From positions 4,960,001-5,024,000 of the forward strand of contig OY970192.1 in the NCBI GenBank assembly GCA_963708135.1: a stretch of 64,000 nt of DNA. Direction: 5' to 3'. Positions 10,201 to 19,628 of the stretch are shown piece after piece. The position numbers and the translations under genes were made by a program. How positions within the stretch are numbered: the stretch's first letter is position 1; each line of letters opens with the position of its first letter. Below the pieces are notes generated by a model, which saw only the letters and a list, made by a program, of their open reading frames with translations, did not search any database and was not told where the DNA came from. Source of the stretch: an uncultured Gemmatimonadales bacterium. GTDB taxonomy: Bacteria; Gemmatimonadota; Gemmatimonadetes; Longimicrobiales; RSA9.

Positions 10201-12355
10201 GCGCGAGCGTGCCGTGCGCGGCGACGGCGCCGCCGCCGGTCACGGCGAGGTTCGCGGCGAGGGTGACGTGGGCGAAGGAGCCGTGGGCGGCGATGTCGCC
10301 GTGCGCGCTGCCGTGCAGCCCCGCGGAGGGGACGAAGCGGCCGACGGTGCCGAGCGCCAGCTCGGGCGCGCGCAGGTCCACGTCGAAGCGCGACGGCGTG
10401 CCGGGATTCACGTCCGCGGTGCCGATCACGTGCGAGCGGCCGGCCCGTCCCTCGTGGACGAGGTCCACGGCGGTGGCGAGCCGCGTGGCTGGCGCGCCGG
10501 TCACGGCGGCCGTGCCGGACAGGGTGCCGGTGATCGGCAGCGAGGGGGCGAACGGCTTCACGGCCGCCACCTGGAGCGGCAGGAACTCGAGGTGCAGCCC
10601 CTCGGCCCGGAAGCCGCCGCCGATCTGGACCGCGCCGCGCGCGCGCACGTGCGAGCGGCCGGCATCGCGGTCGTGGTCCACGAGGTCGGCCGTGAGCGAG
10701 AGCCGCTCGGTCGGCCGGCCGCTCAGCGTGGCCGTGCCGGTCACGGTGCCGTTCAGCGAGGCCGGCAGCGAGGGCGCGAGCTGGTGCGCGAAGGCGAGCC
10801 GGAGCGGCGAGAAGCGGAGCCGCAGCGCGCGCAGGTCGAGACCGCCGGCCAGCTGGATGCCGCCGTCCGCGAGCACGTGCGAGGCGCCGGCCGTGGGGTC
10901 GTGGTCCACCAGGTCGGCGCGCACGGAGAGGCGCGTGCGCGTCGAGCCGGTGAGCGTTGCGGTCCCCGTCAGGGTGCCGTTCAGCGCCGGCGGCAGCGAG
11001 GGCGCGAGCTCGCGGGCCAGCGCGAGCTGGAGCGGCGCGAAGCGGAGCGCCAGGTCGCGCATGCGGAGCCCGCCGGCGCCGCCGGTGTCGATGCCGCCCT
11101 TCGCGAACACCTTGCTGGGCGCGCCGCGCAGCGGGTCGAAGCGGGCCCAGCCGTCGAGCGCGAGCGAGGCCGGCGCACCGGCGACGGCGACGTGGCCGGC
11201 GAGCGAACCGTGGACGGGTAGCGGGCCGAGCGGCGTGAAGCGCTCGAGCAGGCTGGTGGTCACGCCGGTGAAGGCGAGGTCGGTGGGGCCGATGCGGACG
11301 GTGTCGCCGAGCTGGACGGCGCCGTGGCCGCGCACCCGCGCCCCTTCCGCGTGGAGCGCGAGGCGGTCCGCGGAGAAGCGGGTGTGCCCCTGCCGCTGGC
11401 GCATGATGCCGCCGCTCACGCTGCCGCCGCCGGGCGGCAGGGCGGGGTCGAGGAAGTGCAGGTCGTGGAAGGCGATGACGGGCGCGGTCCCGTGCACGTG
11501 GACGCCGGAGCCGTCGAGCGCGTACGCGCCGCTGCCGGCGAAGGCGGTCGAGGGCAGCGCGACCTTCACGTCCTGGAAGAAGAGCGTGTCCCTGGTGATG
11601 ACGAAGTGCGCGGCGAGCTGGCGGACGCGCGCGGCGGGCGGCCGGAAGGGCAGCGCGATCATCTGCAGGCTGTCCATGTCGATCACGCGGTTGACGCTGT
11701 CGGGATCCGCGAGCCGCATGAAGGGCAGGTGCCCGGCGATGCCGAAGAACTCGTAGATGCTCTGGTAGCCGCCGTCGTCGCGGACGACCCACTGGCGTGA
11801 GTCGGGCGAGAGGCTGGCCTGGATGGCCTTGCGGCGCGCGGCGGCGCCGAGCGAGTCGGCGGGTGCCCACGCCGCCTTCACCACGAAGAGCCCGCCGCGG
11901 ACGGTGGTGTTGGCGAGCTGGATCCAGGAGCCGAAGCCGGCCCCGGCCGGCCCGGCGTTCGGCTGGCCGGGGAAGATGCGCTTGAAGTTCCAGGTCCCGC
12001 CCGGTGGCTGGTTCAGCACGACGATCGGGTTCACCAGCCGGACGTCGTGGAAGTCCAGCCGTCTGTGGATGAGGCGCCCGATGGAGTAGTGGAGGACCAC
12101 GGTGTCGGCGCGCAGGAAGGGATCGCCCGTGCTGTCGGTGATCTCGACGTTGGCGATGCGCGCGCCGGTCAGCAGGTTGCCCTTCACCGTGCCGATGCCG
12201 ACCTTGCCGTGCACGCTGCCGCGCAGCTGCGCGAGCACGTAGCCGGCGATCCTGTGGCGTCCCCAGCTCGTGTTGGTCAGCACGAGGATCGCGCCGCCGA
12301 CGAGGACCATGATGGCGAGCAGGACGCCCAGGAGGATGCGGGCCCAGCGCGGCAT
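7220..12355 (-). CDS. tamB: Translocation/assembly module TamB
   Basis: 1711 aa, N-terminal anchor, long beta-taco repeats, C-terminal DUF490-like region (SQSDLISYLAFG, EAGKY); coupled to an Omp85 gene. Confidence 0.85.
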   Translation of the reverse strand: MPRWARILLGVLLAIMVLVGGAILVLTNTSWGRHRIAGYVLAQLRGSVHGKVGIGTVKGNLLTGARIANVEITDSTGDPFLRADTVVLHYSIGRLIHRRLDFHDVRLVNPIVVLNQPPGGTWNFKRIFPGQPNAGPAGAGFGSWIQLANTTVRGGLFVVKAAWAPADSLGAAARRKAIQASLSPDSRQWVVRDDGGYQSIYEFFGIAGHLPFMRLADPDSVNRVIDMDSLQMIALPFRPPAARVRQLAAHFVITRDTLFFQDVKVALPSTAFAGSGAYALDGSGVHVHGTAPVIAFHDLHFLDPALPPGGGSVSGGIMRQRQGHTRFSADRLALHAEGARVRGHGAVQLGDTVRIGPTDLAFTGVTTSLLERFTPLGPLPVHGSLAGHVAVAGAPASLALDGWARFDPLRGAPSKVFAKGGIDTGGAGGLRMRDLALRFAPLQLALARELAPSLPPALNGTLTGTATLTGSTRTRLSVRADLVDHDPTAGASHVLADGGIQLAGGLDLRALRLRFSPLRLAFAHQLAPSLPASLNGTVTGTATLSGRPTERLSLTADLVDHDRDAGRSHVRARGAVQIGGGFRAEGLHLEFLPLQVAAVKPFAPSLPITGTLSGTAAVTGAPATRLATAVDLVHEGRAGRSHVIGTADVNPGTPSRFDVDLRAPELALGTVGRFVPSAGLHGSAHGDIAAHGSFAHVTLAANLAVTGGGAVAAHGTLALRGTPKAYDLSARFDRFDAGAASTRAPRTRLNGTASAVGHGTTLATMNATVRADLVDLAVKGQQLDTTRLLVGLNDGLATFQRGHVRMNTVAADVNGSFGLVAARSGTLRYDVQLDSLGAFRSAIPSDTTAFPPRPLLQERAIARARADSTRLARATEVQRLAVGYPPAPALHIDTVPPLPVDSVAGSVRAVGTLTGNVHRFSTRGSATADHVVAAGNAIAHAAATYTLEDYGTPSPTVRVTAAADTLRTAGFVFDSAYARVAYTGKIREGNGSADVELYQGTTVDYRLSSEFTLALDRNHVRLNRLALRFDTVTWRSTRPGIVDWSGAGIAVDSLSLASSQGGRFMLNGRVPVNGPADLRLDVDSLGIGQLAALLQDTARVTGLLSLHARLVGPRAAPRFSGTASLLHGGWGTITVPRLNAGFAYAGTELTAHATLLRADTTAATPVAPLVAGRTPQAGAVAGPALAPPVPADTLASIDARLPIDLSLTSVKGSRLLARPLSVALTADSFPASLLSRLTTAVTNVQGRLAGNVDVTGTWKAPVTRGLVKLDLGSLDVPSIGVGLRQVTGAVQLRGDSAHVDSLVARSAGGTVRAAGAIGLSELSNPALDLTGHATNAVILDNQYGRITADADMKLSGHYRAARVTGTAHVTSGVMYAPEPTNRRRITNLENPALAQALDTASLTPDILPPPNPFLQNMTVDVGVTIARNTWVRNTNGNVEIYTAPEVQALRIHMDRAQQTLTLRGVVNADRGEYSFAGRLFRLNTGAVTFLGRPEVDPMLQLNGEYDVPRQDRETLVIQIHVLGTMRQPAVSLESNSQPPLSQSDLISYLAFGRTSSSLLNLQGTNLTGGAGGLDGLPALAEQQLAGLALGSFMDSEISSIERSGTRGGLDVLRIHPASLPAELTFNGYFQNFLRGTEIEAGKYMSRRLYVAIQDRISGNWPGFRVEYRTPGNFSWETTWQPTYLPSVPSLTLQPPTRDRTFGTFLFWTRRF

Positions 12356-14634
12356 CAGAACGCCTCCCCGATGGCCAGGTGGAGCTCCAGCCGGGAGAAG
12401 ACGCCGCGCAGCCCGCCGTGAGCGGCGGTCGGGTTGTAGCGCATCGGTGTCTTGAGCTCGACCAGCCCCGGCTCGCCGTCCTGCCCCGGGACCTGCGTGA
12501 TCACGCTGAGTGACTCGCTGACGCGCGGCCGGATGCCGAGGTCGATGCGCACGGGGCCGATCGGCGAGTCGTAGCGGATCCCGAAGCCGGGCGTGATCGC
12601 GCTGCGCGCCCGGCCCGCGAGCTGGATGGCGGGCGCGCCGACGCGCGCGCCGTCGACGAACACGGCGCCGAGCACGGTCCCCGTGATCGGGAAGCGGTAT
12701 TCCGCGCTCGCCTCGACGACGGAGTTGCCGCCCAGCGGGCGGGGCTGGAAGTCGCTCGAGGGCAGGATGTTCGGATCGCAGGTACCGTCGGCGATGCTGG
12801 CCTCGGTGCAGGGCGTGGTGCCGGCCGTGGTGTCCGGCGGCGCGAGCAGCTGCTGGGGATCGACCGTGAGCACGCGGGGCCCGAGCTGGTTCTCGCCGTA
12901 GCCACGCACCGAGCGCGCGCCGCCGGCGTAGAAGCGCTTGCGGGGGTGCAGCGGCGCCATCTGGATGCCGCCCACGCCCACGGCGGCCGAGGTGCTCGAG
13001 AGCGGCCGGACCCAGCCGGCGCGCACGTGGGCCGCGAAGGTCGAGTGGCGGCCGACCGGGAAGTAGCGGTTGTATTCCGCCTCGGTGCGGTTGTAGCGGA
13101 ACTGCGAGCCGGTAAAGGAGGACGCGTGCTCCAGCGTCAGGACGCCGCTGTAGCCCCTCCTCGGCTCGAGTGGATCGTCGGCGCGGTCGGCCTGGAGGCG
13201 GAGCGTCAGGGGCGAGAGGCGGTGCGCGCCGGAGAGCGCCTTCATCGTCTCGAGGTCGCAGACGCCGAAGTCGACGCAGAAGTAGACCTGGCCCGCCTCG
13301 TCGCGCGTCTCCTCGAAGCGGTACCCGAGCGAGAGCGGGATGCCGTCGGCCAGCCGGCGGGTCAGCGTCAGCGTGCCGCCGTAGCCGCGGTTGATCACGA
13401 TGCCCGGGATGCTGCGGCGGCTGGTGAAGAGGCCGAGGCCGAGCGAGAGCTTCGGCGAGAAGAGCCAGGGCTGCGTGAGATCCGTGGACACCTGCCAGGT
13501 CGGGCGGAGGTACGCCGGATCGACCTCCGTGCCGATCCCGCGCGGCACCGCGCTGCCGAAGATCGACTGGCCGTAGAGCTGCGGGGCGAGCAGGTTGCCG
13601 ACGGCGCCGTTCAGCGCCAGCGTGCGCGCGCTGCCGAGCCAGTTGTAGAGCGTGTAATGCCCCTCGACCTGCCCGAACTCCGTGGTGTTGAAGCCGACGC
13701 CGGCGCGCATCTGGTGTAGCGGCGCCTCCTCGACCGTGACGAGGATCGTCTTCACGCTGTCCTGCTGGTCCGGCACGCGCACGAGCGCCTGGCGGAAGAG
13801 CTGCGACTGGTAGAGCCGGCGCTGGCCGGCGAGCACGGCGCTGCGCTTGAACACCTGGCCGTGGGAGAGGTCGAGGAGGCGGCGGATGCTCCGCTCGGTG
13901 ACCTTGTCGTTGCCGTGGATCACCACGGTGTCGACCAGCGTGAGCGGGCCGGGTGCGATGGTGACCTGGAGGTCGGCGCGGTGGAGGGAGTCGGCGACGA
14001 GCGCGGTGTCGCGGATCTCGGCGTCCGCGTGGCCCCGGTCCCAGAGCAGGCCGTCCAGCCGCACGCGGGCCGTGTCCAGCTGCACCAGGTCGAGCCGCTG
14101 GCCCGTGTCCGGGATGCCGGCGCCCGCGATCTGCGCCTGCGACAGCACGGGCCGCGTCTGCGTCACCTCGCGCGTGGCGACGAGGGTGGGCGGACCCTCG
14201 TGGACGTGGAAGGTGACGGCGACGCCGGCGCCCTTCGGTGTCACCGTCGCCTGCGTCGCCGCATCCCGCCAGCCGCGCAGCCAGTAGTAGACCCGGATGC
14301 GCAGCTCATCGCGCTGCAGCTCCTGCCGGTCGAGGTAGTGGCGCTCCTCGAAGATGTGCGAGTTGGTGACCAGGCAGAACGGCTTCAGCAGGAAGCTCCG
14401 GCAGCGCGTGCCCTGCGTGTTGAGCGTGAGCGCCAGCTCGGAGACATCCACGTTCTGCACACCCTCGAAGGTGAGCGATACCACGAGAGGGTGCGGCTGT
14501 TCCGCCGGACTCTGCGCGCACGCCGGGCGCGCGGCGAGCGCAAGCGCCGCCGCGAGCGGGATCGCGAGCAGAAGCGAAAAGGGCGGCCGCACGCCGCCCG
14601 GATCAGGAGCAGTCACGCGGCGGCGTGGGCGCAA
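12355..14634 (-). CDS. tamA: TamA/BamA (Omp85) family outer-membrane protein
   Basis: POTRA-like N-terminus, FYAGGARSVRGY motif, SPIGPVRID, terminal IGEAF; 1-nt overlap with tamB; start uncertain. Confidence 0.8.
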   Translation of the reverse strand: MRPRRRVTAPDPGGVRPPFSLLLAIPLAAALALAARPACAQSPAEQPHPLVVSLTFEGVQNVDVSELALTLNTQGTRCRSFLLKPFCLVTNSHIFEERHYLDRQELQRDELRIRVYYWLRGWRDAATQATVTPKGAGVAVTFHVHEGPPTLVATREVTQTRPVLSQAQIAGAGIPDTGQRLDLVQLDTARVRLDGLLWDRGHADAEIRDTALVADSLHRADLQVTIAPGPLTLVDTVVIHGNDKVTERSIRRLLDLSHGQVFKRSAVLAGQRRLYQSQLFRQALVRVPDQQDSVKTILVTVEEAPLHQMRAGVGFNTTEFGQVEGHYTLYNWLGSARTLALNGAVGNLLAPQLYGQSIFGSAVPRGIGTEVDPAYLRPTWQVSTDLTQPWLFSPKLSLGLGLFTSRRSIPGIVINRGYGGTLTLTRRLADGIPLSLGYRFEETRDEAGQVYFCVDFGVCDLETMKALSGAHRLSPLTLRLQADRADDPLEPRRGYSGVLTLEHASSFTGSQFRYNRTEAEYNRYFPVGRHSTFAAHVRAGWVRPLSSTSAAVGVGGIQMAPLHPRKRFYAGGARSVRGYGENQLGPRVLTVDPQQLLAPPDTTAGTTPCTEASIADGTCDPNILPSSDFQPRPLGGNSVVEASAEYRFPITGTVLGAVFVDGARVGAPAIQLAGRARSAITPGFGIRYDSPIGPVRIDLGIRPRVSESLSVITQVPGQDGEPGLVELKTPMRYNPTAAHGGLRGVFSRLELHLAIGEAF

Positions 14635-14743
14635 AATCGGCGCCAGCGGACCGATTCCCGGCGTCGCGCCGTTGCCGGGGGTGGGGACTGCCGCCAGATT
14701 GCCCGCTTACCGCGACCCCGCAGCCGACGACCAGGAAAGCGCC

Positions 14744-15802
14744 ATGTCCAGGCCCCGCCGCTCGCGTGCCCGTGGGCGCGCGTCGCTCCCGATCTTCGTG
14801 CTCCTCGGCCCCGTGCTGGCCACCGCCTGCGTCCTGGCGGCATGCGGCGGCGGCTCCGGCGGGAGGGGCGCGGGCGCCGATTCCACGGTCGCGCCAGGGG
14901 CGGCTTCCGCGCGCGGCCAGGCGGGCGCGCCGGCCGCCGCCGCGGCTGCGGGCGCGCCGGTGACGGCGGAGGCCGCGTTGCCCGTGGAGCTGCCGGCGGG
15001 CGCGTCGCTGGAGCGGGTGGTGGTCGTCTCGAAGCAGATCAACGAGCTGCTCTACGCGATCGGCGCGGAGGACCACATCGTGGCGCGCGACCTGACCTCG
15101 ATCTATCCGCCGGCCATCCGCAAGCTGCCGAGCGTGGGTTATCACCGGGCGCTCTCGGCGGAGGGCATCCTCTCGGTCCGACCGACGTTGTTCCTGACCG
15201 ACGGCAACCTGGGGCCGGAGGGGGTGGTGGAGCAGATCGGGAAGGTCGGCGTGCCGGTGCTGACCATGGACGCGGGGCCGACGGAGGCGGACGCGCAGGT
15301 GCTGCTCGCGCGGCTGGGGCGCCTGTTCGGTCGGGAGCAGGCCGCGGACAGCGTGCTCGCCGCGTGGCGCGCGGGGGATGCGGCCTTGGCGGGGGACAGC
15401 GCGGCGTGGGCCGGCCGGCCACGGCCGCGCGCGCTCGTCATGCATTTCGGCCAGCTCATCAACAACTACCTCGCCGTGAACCGCGGCAGCGTGGCCGACG
15501 CGTTGCTGCGTCGCGCGGGCGGCGCAAACGCCATCGACTCCGTGGGTGGCATGACCCGCCTCACGCCCGAGCTCATCGCCCGCACCGCGCCGGACGTGAT
15601 CGTGGCCACGGAGGTCGGCTTCGACCGGCTCGGCGCGAAGAAGTTCGCGGCGCTGCCCGGGGTGGCGCTCACGCCCGCCGCTCGCCGCGGGCGGATCTAC
15701 CGGATCGAGGAGGACAAGCTGATGTACTACGGCCCCCGCACGCCCGAGGCGCTGCGGCAGCTCGAGCGCATGCTGCATCCGCAGGCGACGCCGGCGCGGT
15801 GA
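14744..15802 (+). CDS. hmuT: Heme ABC transporter substrate-binding lipoprotein
   Basis: Lipobox LAAC; VGYHRALSAEGIL motif carrying the heme-ligand Tyr of the ShuT/PhuT/HmuT family. Confidence 0.75.
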   Translation: MSRPRRSRARGRASLPIFVLLGPVLATACVLAACGGGSGGRGAGADSTVAPGAASARGQAGAPAAAAAAGAPVTAEAALPVELPAGASLERVVVVSKQINELLYAIGAEDHIVARDLTSIYPPAIRKLPSVGYHRALSAEGILSVRPTLFLTDGNLGPEGVVEQIGKVGVPVLTMDAGPTEADAQVLLARLGRLFGREQAADSVLAAWRAGDAALAGDSAAWAGRPRPRALVMHFGQLINNYLAVNRGSVADALLRRAGGANAIDSVGGMTRLTPELIARTAPDVIVATEVGFDRLGAKKFAALPGVALTPAARRGRIYRIEEDKLMYYGPRTPEALRQLERMLHPQATPAR

Positions 15803-16938
15803 GCCCACCCGCCGCCTCCCGCCGCCCGGGCCGCCGAGCGCCCCGGGGCGCGCCGGACTCCGCCGCCGGCACCCGCGCGACCCGTCCGCGGGGACACGCG
15901 CGCGCGCACCTGCTTCTCGGACTCCTTCTCGCCGCGGCCGTGGTGCTCTCCGCCGGCGTCGGCGCGTTCAGCTTCACGCCCGCCGCCATGGCCCGCCACA
16001 TCGGCGAGGCGCTGGGGCTGCTGCCGCGCGGGCCGGGCGATGCGCTGGCGCGGAACGTCTTCGTCGAGCTGCGCCTGCCGCGCGTGCTCCTCGCCGGGCT
16101 CACGGGCGCGGTGCTCGGCGTCTCCGGCACCCTCATGCAGGGCCTCTTCCGCAACCCGATCGTCGAGCCGGGGCTGGCCGGCACGTCGGCCGGCGCGGCG
16201 TTCGGCGCGGCGCTCGTCTTCGTCTTCGGCGGCGAGAGCGCGCTGGCGCTGACCGCGCCGCTCGGCTCGCTGGCGGTGCCGGTGCTCGCCTTCGCCGGCG
16301 CGTTCGCGGCCACGCTGCTCGTGTACCGCGTGTCCTCGTCCTTCGGCAAGGTGAACGTCTTCACCCTGCTCCTCGCCGGCATCGCGGTGAACGCCGTCTG
16401 CAACGCGGGCACCGGATTCCTCTCCTACGTGGCGCGCGATCCGCAGGCGAGGAACATCACCTTCTGGACGCTGGGCACCTTCACCACGGCGACGTGGCGC
16501 GGCGTGCTCGCCGTGGCCGTGACCTTCGCCGCGTGCTTCGGCTGGGCGCTCCGGCACGGCAAGTCGCTGAACGCGCTCATGCTCGGCGAGGACGAGGCCG
16601 CGTACCTCGGCATCGAGCCGCGCCGCCTCATCCTCTGGATGCTGGTGGCCAACACCGCGATGGTCGCCGTGGCCACCGCCATGGTCGGCGTCATCGCATT
16701 CGTCGGGCTGGTGGTGCCGCACGTGCTGCGCATGACGCGCTCCTCCGACTACACGTACCTGATCCCCGGCTCCGCGCTGGCCGGCGCACTGCTCATGGAG
16801 GTCACGGACGTCGTCGCGCGCATCGTGATCCCGCCGGCCGAGCTGCCCATCGGCATCATCACGGCCGTGGTGGGCGCGCCGGTCTTCCTGTGGATCCTCG
16901 TGCGGCAGCAGCGCGGCGGGGGGATCGTGTATGAGTGA
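15799..16938 (+). CDS. hmuU: Heme/iron ABC transporter permease (FecCD family)
   Basis: LRLPRVLL, MQGLFRNP, LGEDEAAYLG, FVGLVVPH, ELPIGIIT; GTGA overlap with the upstream gene. Confidence 0.85.
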   Translation: MSPPAASRRPGRRAPRGAPDSAAGTRATRPRGHARAHLLLGLLLAAAVVLSAGVGAFSFTPAAMARHIGEALGLLPRGPGDALARNVFVELRLPRVLLAGLTGAVLGVSGTLMQGLFRNPIVEPGLAGTSAGAAFGAALVFVFGGESALALTAPLGSLAVPVLAFAGAFAATLLVYRVSSSFGKVNVFTLLLAGIAVNAVCNAGTGFLSYVARDPQARNITFWTLGTFTTATWRGVLAVAVTFAACFGWALRHGKSLNALMLGEDEAAYLGIEPRRLILWMLVANTAMVAVATAMVGVIAFVGLVVPHVLRMTRSSDYTYLIPGSALAGALLMEVTDVVARIVIPPAELPIGIITAVVGAPVFLWILVRQQRGGGIVYE

Positions 16939-16989
16939 CCAACCAAGCGCAACCAAAACCAAAACCACACCTACGACGGCGGGTGGGCG

Positions 16990-17799
16990 GTGAGCTCTGC
17001 GGTGAGCTCCGGGGGGGTGACGCTGGCGGGCGTCGGATACCGCGTGGGCGAGGTCCGGATCCTCGAGGACATCACGCTGGCGTTCGAGCCGGGCGCGTTC
17101 AACGTCGTGCTGGGGCCGAACGGGGCGGGGAAGTCCACGCTGCTGCGCGTCGCCACGGGACTGCTCGCACCCAGCGCCGGGGCGGTGTCCTATGGCGGGC
17201 TGGCCGTGGCGGCGCTGCCGTCGGAGCGACTGGCGCATCTGCGGGCCGTGCTCTCCCAGCACGTGGAGCTGGCGTTCCCGCTGCCCGTGCGGGACGTGGT
17301 GCTCATGGGCCGCTACCCGCACTACGAGCGGGTGCCCGCGCCGCGCGACCTCTCGATCGTGGACCGCGCGCTGGCGCTCGTCGGCATGGAGGAGAAGCGC
17401 GCCCAGCCGTATCCCACGCTGTCGGGGGGCGAGCAGCAGAAGGTGCAGCTCGCCCGCGTGCTCGCCCAGATCTGGAATTACGACGACGCGTCCGAGCCGA
17501 AGCTGCTCTTCCTCGATGAGCCCACGACCAGCCTCGACATCCACTACCAGATCCACCTGCTCGACGTTGCCCACGGGCTGCTCGCCCGCAACTGCACCGT
17601 GATCGCGATCCTGCACGACCTGAACACCGCGTTCCAGTACGGCGACCGCTTCTTCCTGCTCGACGGCGGCCGGCTCGTCCACGAGTCCGCGCGCGGCGAG
17701 GCGCTGCCGGGCGGGCTCCTCGAGCGGGTGTTCCGCGTGCGCGCGCACCGGCTCGTGGACCCCGCGGACGGGCAGCCGCTGTGGCGCTTCAGCTTGTAG
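16990..17799 (+). CDS. hmuV: Heme ABC transporter ATP-binding protein
   Basis: GPNGAGKST, LSGGEQQKVQLARVLAQ, LDEPT, ILHDLN. Confidence 0.85.
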   Translation: MSSAVSSGGVTLAGVGYRVGEVRILEDITLAFEPGAFNVVLGPNGAGKSTLLRVATGLLAPSAGAVSYGGLAVAALPSERLAHLRAVLSQHVELAFPLPVRDVVLMGRYPHYERVPAPRDLSIVDRALALVGMEEKRAQPYPTLSGGEQQKVQLARVLAQIWNYDDASEPKLLFLDEPTTSLDIHYQIHLLDVAHGLLARNCTVIAILHDLNTAFQYGDRFFLLDGGRLVHESARGEALPGGLLERVFRVRAHRLVDPADGQPLWRFSL

Positions 17800-17975
17800 A
17801 ATTTCCAAAGCGGGCCACGTACCTGGCTGCTCGGCTCCGACTGGACCCCATTTTGTCACATCCGAACATCGAGCCGTCCCCAATCGGCCTTGTTCGATTA
17901 TGCAGGTTCCGGTAGACTGAATCGATTTCCGCTGCTTCTCGGCAGCAAACCTCCCCGATCGGACCGCTGGTGGCC

Positions 17976-19628
17976 ATGAGCGAGAGCCAGACGGAGCGCA
18001 AGGCCAGGGGCGCGTTCTTCACGCCGCCCGCCATCACGCGGTTCTTGGCCGAATGGGCAGTCCGAAATCGGGATGATGCCGTTCTGGAGCCGTCCTGTGG
18101 TGAAGCCGAGTTTCTGCTCGCGGCAGCCGATCGGCTACGCGGGTTGGGGGCCGGCCTGTTCGCTGGTGAGACGCTCCACGGTATCGAACTTCACCGGCCA
18201 TCCTGCGACGTCGCAGGGGCAAGGGTCCGGGACAGCGGATTCCTTGCCGAGATCACGACTGCCAATTTTTTCGATGTTCCTGCGCGACCCGCGTATGACG
18301 TCGTAATCGGGAATCCTCCCTACGTCAGATACCAAGACTTTTCCGGTGATGCTCGCAGCAAGGGGGTGAGGGCGGCTTTACGCCAGGGAGTCCGGATCAA
18401 CGGGCTTGCAAGCTCGTGGGCTGCATTCGTGATCCATGCGTCCGCATTCCTGAATGATCAGGGACGTCTAGGGCTCGTCCTGCCCGCTGAACTCCTGACA
18501 GTCAAGTACGCAAGGCCGGTACGGCGCTTCCTCCTGAGGCGGTTTGCCAGCACAAAGCTGGTCATGTTCGAGGAGCTCGTCTTCCCGGGTGTTCAGGAGG
18601 AGGTGGTGCTTCTGCTCGCAGAAGGTCGTGGGGCTGCCCCTTTCTTTGAGATTTATCAGGCGCGAGATTCGGCCGACCTTCCGGCAATCGACGATGCGGA
18701 GTGGAGACCGTACGCCCCCGGGTCTGAGGACAAGTGGACTTCCGCCGTCGTGCGGCCAGATGCGCTCGGCACGTACAATGAACTCCTGACCGGCTCCGGG
18801 TTCGAAACACTGCGCAACTGGGGCTCCACGTATTTGGGTGCGGTCACCGGAAACAACCGGTACTTCACGTTCTCTCGTGGCGATGCGTTCGAGCTCAGGA
18901 TTCCCAAGGACGAGCTCGTTCGCATATCGCCTCCTGGATCGCGCCATCTCCGCGGCCTGGAGTTCACGGAGAACGACTGGTTGACACTGGCGAGGGCCGG
19001 GAAGCCCTGTCTTCTGCTGCACCCCGAACGAAATGATCCTTCAGAGGAAGTGAAGCACTATCTCGCCGCGGGTGAGGTTACTGGGGTTCAGAAGGCGTAC
19101 AAGTGTCGTTCTCGAAGGCCGTGGTGGCGGGTGCCGCTCGTGCCGATTCCGGACCTTCTATTGACGTACATGGATCGCGATCGGCCCCGGCTCGTTGCTA
19201 ACTTGGCCCAGGCCTACCACCTGAACTCGATCTATGGCGTTCGCCTGCACGATGACCGCCGGAGTATTGGGACCGAGCTTCTTCCGGCGGCAGCATTGAA
19301 CAGTGTCACGCTGCTCGGCGCCGAGTTGGTCGGGCGGGCATATGGCGGAGGGATCTTGAAGCTCGAGCCGAGGGAGGCCGATCACCTTCCGGTGCCATCC
19401 TTCGACCTGGTTAGCGGGCTGGCCACGACGCTTCAAGAACTCCGCGAGTTTCAGATCGAGGCCCTCAGGAGAGACGACTTGGCCGGTGCCGTCGAAGCTG
19501 GCGACCAGGCGCTTCTTAGCGGAGCGCTCGGGCTGACCTCCGACGCAGTTCAACAGGTGCGCAGTGCTCGGGAGGTCCTTTTCCGCCGCCGCACAAGTCG
19601 TGGAGCCGGTGGAAATGGCACGCGTTGA
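17976..19628 (+). CDS. N6-adenine DNA methyltransferase (gamma class, type II R-M)
   Basis: GAFFTP, motif I LEPSCGEAEF, motif IV GNPPY, C-terminal GRAYGGGILKLEP. Confidence 0.9.
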   Translation: MSESQTERKARGAFFTPPAITRFLAEWAVRNRDDAVLEPSCGEAEFLLAAADRLRGLGAGLFAGETLHGIELHRPSCDVAGARVRDSGFLAEITTANFFDVPARPAYDVVIGNPPYVRYQDFSGDARSKGVRAALRQGVRINGLASSWAAFVIHASAFLNDQGRLGLVLPAELLTVKYARPVRRFLLRRFASTKLVMFEELVFPGVQEEVVLLLAEGRGAAPFFEIYQARDSADLPAIDDAEWRPYAPGSEDKWTSAVVRPDALGTYNELLTGSGFETLRNWGSTYLGAVTGNNRYFTFSRGDAFELRIPKDELVRISPPGSRHLRGLEFTENDWLTLARAGKPCLLLHPERNDPSEEVKHYLAAGEVTGVQKAYKCRSRRPWWRVPLVPIPDLLLTYMDRDRPRLVANLAQAYHLNSIYGVRLHDDRRSIGTELLPAAALNSVTLLGAELVGRAYGGGILKLEPREADHLPVPSFDLVSGLATTLQELREFQIEALRRDDLAGAVEAGDQALLSGALGLTSDAVQQVRSAREVLFRRRTSRGAGGNGTR

